Shown here: piece by piece, positions 57,826 to 64,000 of the stretch
Numbering within the stretch: position 1 is the first letter of the stretch
Layout of the letters: the number at the start of each line of letters is the position of its first letter
NCBI GenBank assembly: GCA_038321865.1
Contig: JBBQFH010000013.1
Span: 9,463 to 73,462, forward strand
Reading direction: 5' to 3'
Source: Gemmatimonadales bacterium
GTDB lineage: Bacteria; Gemmatimonadota; Gemmatimonadetes; Gemmatimonadales; GWC2-71-9
Length of the DNA: 64,000 nucleotides
Program-made: the position numbers and the translations under genes
Notes under the pieces: generated by a model
What the model was told of the DNA's origin: nothing
Databases searched by the model: none
What the model saw: the letters and a program-made list of their open reading frames with translations, nothing else

Positions 57826-58721
57826 ACCTCGCCGTCGAGCGGAGCTATGCGCGGGCCGAGCGGGTGACGGCCGACTGGGCCCGGAGCTTCTACTTCGCCA
57901 GCCGATTCCTGCCGCGGGTCAAGCGCAGGGCAATCTTCGCGCTGTACGACTACTGCCGCCACGCCGATAACCTGGTGGACGAGCGCGGCACCCGGCCGGC
58001 CGACCTGGTGCGACTCGATCTCGCCGAGCTGGGCGCGGAGGTCACGGCGCTGCACCAGGGCGAGCCCCCGCGCACCGAGCGGTGGCTCGCGCTCGCCGAC
58101 ACCCTCCGCCGCTACGACGTGCCGCTCGCCCCGCTGCTGGAGCTGCTCGACGGCGTCGCCACCGATCTCGACGACGTCGCGATGCCGGACTTTCCGACGC
58201 TGCACCACTACTGCCGCCTCGTCGCCGGCGGCGTCGGCCTCATGCTGGGACCGGTGCTGGGCGCCGAGCCGCACCGGTTTCGGGAGCCGGGCGTCGGCCT
58301 GGGGATCGCCATGCAGCTGACCAACGTCCTGCGCGACGTGGGCGAGGACCTGGACAACGGGCGCTGCTACCTGCCGGCCGACGAACTGGCCCGCTTCGGC
58401 GTGACGCGCGCGATGCTGGGCGAGCGGCGGGTAACGCCGGAGTTCCGGGAGCTGATGCGGTTCCAGGTGGTGCGGGCACGGGGCTGGTTCGACGCCGCGG
58501 ACGTGGTCGTTCCGCTCTTTCCGGCCGACGGCTCGCGGCTCACGGTGCGGCTGCTGCAGCGGACCTACGCCGGGATTCTGGACGGAATCGAGCGGCAGCG
58601 CTACGATGTATTCCGTGCTCGTGCCTACGTCTCCACCCCGCGCAAGCTCATGATCCTCGGCCGAGCCGTGCTCGCCGAGCGGCCCGCCTTTCCGGTGCTC
58701 GCGGCATCGGAGCCCGTCTGA
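57822..58721 (+). CDS. crtB: Phytoene/squalene synthase
   Basis: SFYFAS, YCRHADNLVD, YCRLVAG.VG, LGIAMQLTNVLRDVGED...GRCYLP. Confidence 0.9.
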   Translation: MNLAVERSYARAERVTADWARSFYFASRFLPRVKRRAIFALYDYCRHADNLVDERGTRPADLVRLDLAELGAEVTALHQGEPPRTERWLALADTLRRYDVPLAPLLELLDGVATDLDDVAMPDFPTLHHYCRLVAGGVGLMLGPVLGAEPHRFREPGVGLGIAMQLTNVLRDVGEDLDNGRCYLPADELARFGVTRAMLGERRVTPEFRELMRFQVVRARGWFDAADVVVPLFPADGSRLTVRLLQRTYAGILDGIERQRYDVFRARAYVSTPRKLMILGRAVLAERPAFPVLAASEPV

Positions 58722-59488
58722 TCGATCGGCCGCTCCGTCCCCGGCGGACGACGGCGATCGCGGCGCTGGCCTTCGACCGGTATCTCCGCGGCCAGGCGCG
58801 ACGGTATTTCAGCAGCGTGCGCTGGGCGGAGCAGGCACCCGCGCCGGATCACTCCCTCCCGATCATCTGCGTCGCCAATCACACCAACTGGTGGGACGGG
58901 TTCATCGCCTGCCTGCTGACCCGCCGGCTGGGACTCGAGTTCCGGGTGCTGATGGAGGCGCGGAACCTTGCCCGGTACTGGCCGTTCCTGCACGTCGGCG
59001 CACTTCCGCTCGATCGCGGCTCCGCTCGCGCCGCGTACGCCGACCTCGAGCGGGCGCGCCCCTGGCTCAGGGCCGGCACGGCGATGTGGCTCTTTCCGCA
59101 GGGCAGCCGCCGGCCGGCCGCCGAGCCGCTCGCCGACTGTGAGCGCGGCACCGCGCAACTCGTTCTCGGCGCGAGCGGGCCGGTGCGCATCTGTCCCGTC
59201 GCCTTCCGGTATGCCTTCCTCGGTGAGCAGCTGCCCGAGGCGTTCGCGCTGGTGGGCGAGTCGTGGACCGTCCTGCCCGGCGCGCGGCATCTCCGCCGGC
59301 TCCTGACGCGGACCATCGAGGACCGTCTCAACGCCACGATCGCGGCGCTGGACGAGCGGATCGCCGGCGAGCAGCTCAGCGGATTCCTCCCGCTGGTCGA
59401 GGGCCGCCTCTCGGTCAACAAGCGGATGGACCGCTTCCGCCACGCGATCGGACTGCTCGACGGGCCGTTCGAGTCGCGCAATGGGTAG
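58718..59488 (+). CDS. PlsC-like acyltransferase (probable carotenoid/lipid acyltransferase); start uncertain (CTG 58718)
   Basis: ANHTNWWDG (Hx4D), LFPQG, PVAFRY; located in the crt operon. Confidence 0.8.
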   Translation: MIDRPLRPRRTTAIAALAFDRYLRGQARRYFSSVRWAEQAPAPDHSLPIICVANHTNWWDGFIACLLTRRLGLEFRVLMEARNLARYWPFLHVGALPLDRGSARAAYADLERARPWLRAGTAMWLFPQGSRRPAAEPLADCERGTAQLVLGASGPVRICPVAFRYAFLGEQLPEAFALVGESWTVLPGARHLRRLLTRTIEDRLNATIAALDERIAGEQLSGFLPLVEGRLSVNKRMDRFRHAIGLLDGPFESRNG

Positions 59489-59924
59489 TCTGCCGACCCT
59501 CAAGCTGCTGCACGTCGCGTCGGCGGTGCTCCTGCTCGGCAATGTGACGGTGACGGGTTTCTGGGCCGCGTATCTCTACCGGGTGCGCGATGCCGTGCCC
59601 TTCGCTCGCGTGGCGCGGGCCATCATGCTCGCCGACTGGATCTTCACGCTGGCCGGCGGCGCGCTGCTGACCTTCACCGGGATCCAGCTGGCGCTGCGCG
59701 AGGGGCTTCGCGTGCGGGACACGCCGTGGCTGATCCACGGCATCACGGCGCTCGCGATCTCCACGCTGCTCTGGCTCGCGGTGCTGCTGCCCGACCAGCT
59801 TCGTATGGAGCGGACCACCGACGGGGCGGCGGTCCGCCGGCTCTTTCTCCGGTGGAGCGTGGTGGGCTGGCTCTCGACCGCGGTGCTGTTCTACGGATTG
59901 TACGCGATGGTCACGAAGCACTGA
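59481..59924 (+). CDS. DUF2269-like integral membrane protein
   Basis: LKLLHVASAVLLLG, ADWIFT, PWL, YAMVTK; overlaps the acyltransferase stop. Confidence 0.75.
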   Translation: MGSLPTLKLLHVASAVLLLGNVTVTGFWAAYLYRVRDAVPFARVARAIMLADWIFTLAGGALLTFTGIQLALREGLRVRDTPWLIHGITALAISTLLWLAVLLPDQLRMERTTDGAAVRRLFLRWSVVGWLSTAVLFYGLYAMVTKH

Positions 59925-59951
59925 CCGCGATACCAATCAGGAGACTTCCGG

Positions 59952-61373
59952 ATGCGCCTCGCCTGTGGACTCACGCTCACTGCGGTCCTCTCGCTTGCCG
60001 GTACGCTGCCGGCGCAGGTACCGTCGCCGGTGAATCCGGCGCGGCGGCTGGCGCGGGATGTGTACCAGCAGCTGATCGAGATGAACACCGCCGATTCGGT
60101 CGGCGCGGTGACGCCGGCGGCCGAAGCGATGGCGGCGCGCTTCCGGGCGGCCGGATTCCCCGCGGCGGACGTGCAGGTGCTGATACCGGAGGGGAAGCCG
60201 AAGAAGGGGAACCTGGTGGTGCGCTTTCGCGGCAGGACCGGCTCGGCGCTCAAGCCGATTCTGCTGCTCGCGCACATCGACGTGGTCCGCGCCAATCGAA
60301 ATGAGTGGACCCGCGATCCCTTCCAGCTCCAGGAGGCGAACGGCTTTTTCTACGGCCGGGGCGTGTCGGACGACAAGGCGATGGCGGCGATCTTCGTCAC
60401 CAACCTCCTGCGGTATCGTCAGGAGGGCTGGGTGGCGGACCGGGACATCGTCCTGGCGCTCACGGCGGATGAGGAGGGCGGCGACGCCAACGGCGTCGAG
60501 TGGCTGCTGGCGAATCATCGCGCGCTGATCGATGCGGAGCTGGCGATCAACGAGGGCGCCGACGGCGCCATCGAGGGCGGGAAGCCCGCCTATCTCCCGA
60601 TCCAGGCCGCCGAGAAGGTCTCCGTTACCTACACGCTCACCGCGCTCAATCCGGGCGGGCACTCGAGCATCCCAAAGCCGGTGAACGCGATCTACCAGCT
60701 GGCCGACGCGCTGGCGCGGCTGGGACGCTACACCTTTCCGGTGGCGCTCAATCCGGTGTCACGCGCGTTTTTCGAGCAGACGGCCAGGGTCGCCGAGCCC
60801 CGCATGGCGGCCGCGATGCGCGCACTCGCCGCCAACCCCGCCGACTCGGCGGCGGCAGCGGTGATCTCGACCGACGACACCTACCGCTCGATGCTCCGGA
60901 CCACCTGCGTCGCCACCCGGCTCCTGGCGGGGCACGCCTACAACGCCCTGCCGCAGACCGCGACGGCCGCCGTCAACTGCCGCATCGTCCCGACCTCGAG
61001 CGGCAACGCGGTGCTGGCCGAGCTGCAGCGGGTGGTCGGCGACACGGCGGTGAAGGTGAGCTTCACGCTGGCGCCGTTCGAGTCGAGGTTCGGCGCGCGG
61101 GTGGCCGCGGTCGACCCGCGGCTCCTCGCCGCGGCCACCAGCCTCACCCATACGATGTGGGGTGACATTCCCGTGATCCCGATGATGTCCACCTGGGCCA
61201 CCGATGGTCTTTTCCTCCGCGCGGCGGGGATCCCGACGTACGGGGTCAACGGGATCTTCCTCGCGCCCGGGGAGAGCAACATTCACGGGCGCGAGGAGAA
61301 GATGCGTGTGAAGTCGTTCTACGAGGGGGAGGAGTTTCTGTACCAGCTCGTGAAGCGGATGGCGGGGCGCTAG
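59952..61373 (+). CDS. M20/M25/M40 family metallopeptidase, secreted
   Basis: LLAHIDVV, GRGVSDDK, ADEEGG, NEG, GGHSS, HG.EE. Confidence 0.92.
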   Translation: MRLACGLTLTAVLSLAGTLPAQVPSPVNPARRLARDVYQQLIEMNTADSVGAVTPAAEAMAARFRAAGFPAADVQVLIPEGKPKKGNLVVRFRGRTGSALKPILLLAHIDVVRANRNEWTRDPFQLQEANGFFYGRGVSDDKAMAAIFVTNLLRYRQEGWVADRDIVLALTADEEGGDANGVEWLLANHRALIDAELAINEGADGAIEGGKPAYLPIQAAEKVSVTYTLTALNPGGHSSIPKPVNAIYQLADALARLGRYTFPVALNPVSRAFFEQTARVAEPRMAAAMRALAANPADSAAAAVISTDDTYRSMLRTTCVATRLLAGHAYNALPQTATAAVNCRIVPTSSGNAVLAELQRVVGDTAVKVSFTLAPFESRFGARVAAVDPRLLAAATSLTHTMWGDIPVIPMMSTWATDGLFLRAAGIPTYGVNGIFLAPGESNIHGREEKMRVKSFYEGEEFLYQLVKRMAGR

Positions 61374-62674
61374 CGGCCCGCGTACACCGTTCCGTCCTTC
61401 ATCACGAAGGCCACACGCTCCATCGCGGTGAAGTCAGCGATTGGATCACCGTCCACGGCGATGATGTCGGCGACGGCGCCACGCTTGATCACGCCGATCC
61501 GGTTTTCCAAGCCGAGGAGGCGTGCGTCGTTGATCGTGGCGGCCTGGAGGACCTGGACCGGCGTCATGCCGGACTGGATGTAGGCGAAGAGGACCCGCCG
61601 CGAGCTGTAGCCCTGCGGCCAGCCCATGTCGATGTAGTTGTCGGAGCCCGCCGCGATCGTGACACCGGCTTTCACGGCGCGACGGAGTCGCGAGCGCTCG
61701 CTCTCGAGGAACGAGAGCATGCCGGCGATCTCTTCCGGCCTGCCCGCCTGCTTCATGTACTGGATGCCGGACAGGGTGTCGATATCGGTCGCCACGAGCA
61801 TCACGCCCTTCCGCGCCATCAGCGCGAGCGTGGAATCCCCCAGCTCGTAGCCATGCTCGATGGAATTGACGCCGGCGTCGGCGGCTCGCCAGACGGCGGC
61901 ATCGTCGGTTGCATGGGCGGCGACTCGCACACCCATCCGCCTCGCGGCGCCTACGATGGCTCGCAGCTCCTCGGCGGAGAAGGTGCCGCGGTTGGGGGTG
62001 TTGTTGGAGTAGATCTTGATCACGTCGGCACCAAGAGTGACGTTTTCCCGTACTGCGTCCGCGGCGTCATCCGGATTGTGCACGATCCGGTACTCGTCGG
62101 CCGCGACCGACATGAACCCCTGCTGGAGGCCAGGATACTGCCCGCCGATCGGACTCAGCCCCGGGCCCGACACCACCATGCGAGGACCGTCGACGCTGCC
62201 GTCCCGGATCGCATTGCGCAGCGCGACGTCGCCGAACTGCCCGCTGTTGCCAAGATCCCGGACGGTGGTGATGCCGGCGGCGAGATAGGTGCGGGCGCGG
62301 GCCGCGCCGTGGAGCGCTCGGAGCGGCGTCCCTTCCATCGTGTTCTGCCGCAATCCTTCCATGACGTCCCCGACCTTCGGCGACACCAGGTTGAGCAGGT
62401 GGGTGTGCGCGTCGATCAGGCCGGGCAGCACCGTGTAGCGGCGGAGGTCGATCTCCCGGGCGCCGGGCGGCAGTGCGATCGAAGCACCGACCGAGTCGAT
62501 ACGGCCCCGGCGCACCAGGATATCCACGCTGCTCCGGAAGGTGCCGTGCTCGCTGTCGAAGAGCCTGCCCGCGTGAATCAGCGCTGGTGTCGTGTCGCGC
62601 GGCGTCTGGGCTGGCGCCCGGGTGCCGGCGAGCGACGCGAGTCCGAGGAGCAGGGCGGTGCGCGGGAACGTCAT
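61370..62674 (-). CDS. Amidohydrolase family (Xaa-Pro dipeptidase-like), secreted
   Basis: PGLIDAHTH, GITTVRDLG, VIKI, AAHA, SIEHG, AGSD, ADIIAVDGDP. Confidence 0.9.
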   Translation of the reverse strand: MTFPRTALLLGLASLAGTRAPAQTPRDTTPALIHAGRLFDSEHGTFRSSVDILVRRGRIDSVGASIALPPGAREIDLRRYTVLPGLIDAHTHLLNLVSPKVGDVMEGLRQNTMEGTPLRALHGAARARTYLAAGITTVRDLGNSGQFGDVALRNAIRDGSVDGPRMVVSGPGLSPIGGQYPGLQQGFMSVAADEYRIVHNPDDAADAVRENVTLGADVIKIYSNNTPNRGTFSAEELRAIVGAARRMGVRVAAHATDDAAVWRAADAGVNSIEHGYELGDSTLALMARKGVMLVATDIDTLSGIQYMKQAGRPEEIAGMLSFLESERSRLRRAVKAGVTIAAGSDNYIDMGWPQGYSSRRVLFAYIQSGMTPVQVLQAATINDARLLGLENRIGVIKRGAVADIIAVDGDPIADFTAMERVAFVMKDGTVYAGR

Positions 62675-62697
62675 GGACACTCCGGGAGGGAAAAGGG

Positions 62698-63173
62698 TCA
62701 AGTAACCGGAATCGTCTCCTTCTCCTGCTCGCTCTCGTCACCGGCCGAATCGGCCGGCACGCTGCTGTTCCAGATATCCGCGGTGAGTCGCCACCTGCCG
62801 TCGATCCGCTTCCAGCAGAGGACCAGCTTGCCCGAGTCGGCGGACTCTTCGGCGGTGGCCGGCAGGGTCCACTCGCCGATGGTGTAGGCCACGCCGCCCG
62901 CCGCCTCCTGCGCAGCTCGAACCCGCTCTCCAATCCATGGCGCCAGTAGGCCTCGATCGAATCGCGCCCTTCCACCGGCTCCGCCTCCGGCGGCAGCAGC
63001 ACCGCGTGCTCGTCGTAGAGCTGGGCCAGCGCGTGGGCGTCGCCGGCGCGGGAGGCCTGGACATACTCGGCGGTGGACGCCGTGATGGCGCGCCGCACCG
63101 CCGACGGGTCGTCGGAGGCGGCTCGGCCGCAGGCGCCGAGGAGGACGAGCGCCCCAAACCAGGCGTTACGCAT
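62698..63173 (-). pseudogene. YybH/DUF4440 (SnoaL/NTF2-like) lipoprotein with a frameshift near 62905-62912
   Basis: N-half (LGAC...GDAHALAQLY...LLPP...GRDSI) and C-half (VAYTIGEW...GKLVLCWKR.DGRW....DIWNS) lie in different frames. Confidence 0.7.
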
Positions 63174-63618
63174 CGTCGGGCCCGTCGGAGAGGATCATCA
63201 CGATCCCGTCGCCGCGGGCGCAGACCCGGCCCGCCTCGTCCTCGACGTCGGCGGCCACGAACACGAGACTGACGCCGGAGCGGAGCAGGCGGCCCACGGC
63301 GGTCACCCGGGCGCCGTGGAGCGGCCGCAGGAACTGGACGTTCAGCTGGGCCGTTCCCACTCGACGGCCGGGGGCCTGGAAGTGCCCGACCATCCCGATC
63401 ACGGCGTCGCAGAGCCCGGCGATCACCGCCCCGTTGACGGCCTCGGTGCCGAGGCCGCCGCGGTGGAACGGCTGGAGGGGGTCGATGGTGACCCGAACCG
63501 CCTCCGAGTCGCTGAAATCGGCCCTGGCGCCAAGATGGCGCATGCCGGGAAGCTGGTTCCACTGGTCGGCGGCGAGCTGCCGCTCGGCGGGGCCCAGCGG
63601 GATGGTCCGAATTGTCAT
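63166..63618 (-). CDS. PaaI family hot-dog thioesterase
   Basis: HRGGLG..AVNGAVIAGLCD, TAQLNVQFLRP. Confidence 0.85.
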   Translation of the reverse strand: MTIRTIPLGPAERQLAADQWNQLPGMRHLGARADFSDSEAVRVTIDPLQPFHRGGLGTEAVNGAVIAGLCDAVIGMVGHFQAPGRRVGTAQLNVQFLRPLHGARVTAVGRLLRSGVSLVFVAADVEDEAGRVCARGDGIVMILSDGPDDA

Positions 63619-63781
63619 TCAGGCCCCTATCTTGCTATATTGCAAGCTCGTACGTACCCGGACGGCATCGTGCCGTCCCGTTGTTCAACCCGCAGCCTGG
63701 TATTTTGTGGCACGCCGATCACGTAGACAATCAGCAGGTGCAGTACCCGCGTCCGCCTTCCGCCGGTCATCCGGACGCAGC

Positions 63782-64000
63782 ATGCAATCGCATCGCGACT
63801 GGCTTCTGTCCCTGCACGGCTCGGTCTGCGCCTATTGCGGCACCGAGACACCCCCCGAGACGATCACGCTCGACCATGTGCGCCCGCGCCGCGGCCAGAC
63901 CGCGTATGACCGCCCGGACAATCTCGTCCTGGCTTGTCGCGAGTGCAACGCCGCGAAGGCGGATACGCCGCTGGTGGCGTTTCTCATGCAGAAGCGGGCG
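63782..64000 (+). CDS. HNH endonuclease, partial (runs off the window end)
   Basis: Manual translation: MQSHRDWLLSLHGSVCAYCG...TLDHVRPR...DNLVLACRECNAAK. Confidence 0.85.
   Translation, partial: MQSHRDWLLSLHGSVCAYCGTETPPETITLDHVRPRRGQTAYDRPDNLVLACRECNAAKADTPLVAFLMQKRA

Noticed and set aside
63782..64000. HNH nuclease as part of a defence system or Cas9/IscB
   Set aside because: HNH begins at the N-terminus with no RuvC part; gene is truncated by the window and context is unavailable.

Overview
High-GC bacterial chromosomal window. The gene content (Hanks kinases with TolB-N/TPR tails, Oar-like TonB receptors, futalosine-pathway mqnD) suggests Gemmatimonadota; this is an inference. About 60 CDSs and one tRNA-Cys are supported. 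Main observations: (1) a ~14.8 kb integrase-less genomic island bounded by tRNA-Cys and a degenerate copy of its 3' end (18 bp exact, 27/30 overall). It carries a type I R-M system with a Fic-HTH gene and palindromic operator between hsdS and hsdR, a Ser/Thr kinase, and a Cyc2-like cytochrome-porin operon. (2) A self-contained ECF-sigma/anti-sigma oxidative-repair module (Met/His pentapeptide-repeat protein, exported single-Cys MsrA/MsrB, redoxin, Cys-pair lipoprotein) with three copies of an AGAACCG-N14-GCGT(A/C) promoter motif. (3) A DUF2946/CruR-like leader ORF upstream of a TonB receptor. (4) A CarH-type B12 photoreceptor heading a carotenoid operon. (5) Probable leaderless genes and two probable CTG starts. 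All functional calls come from motif recognition by eye; no searches were run.
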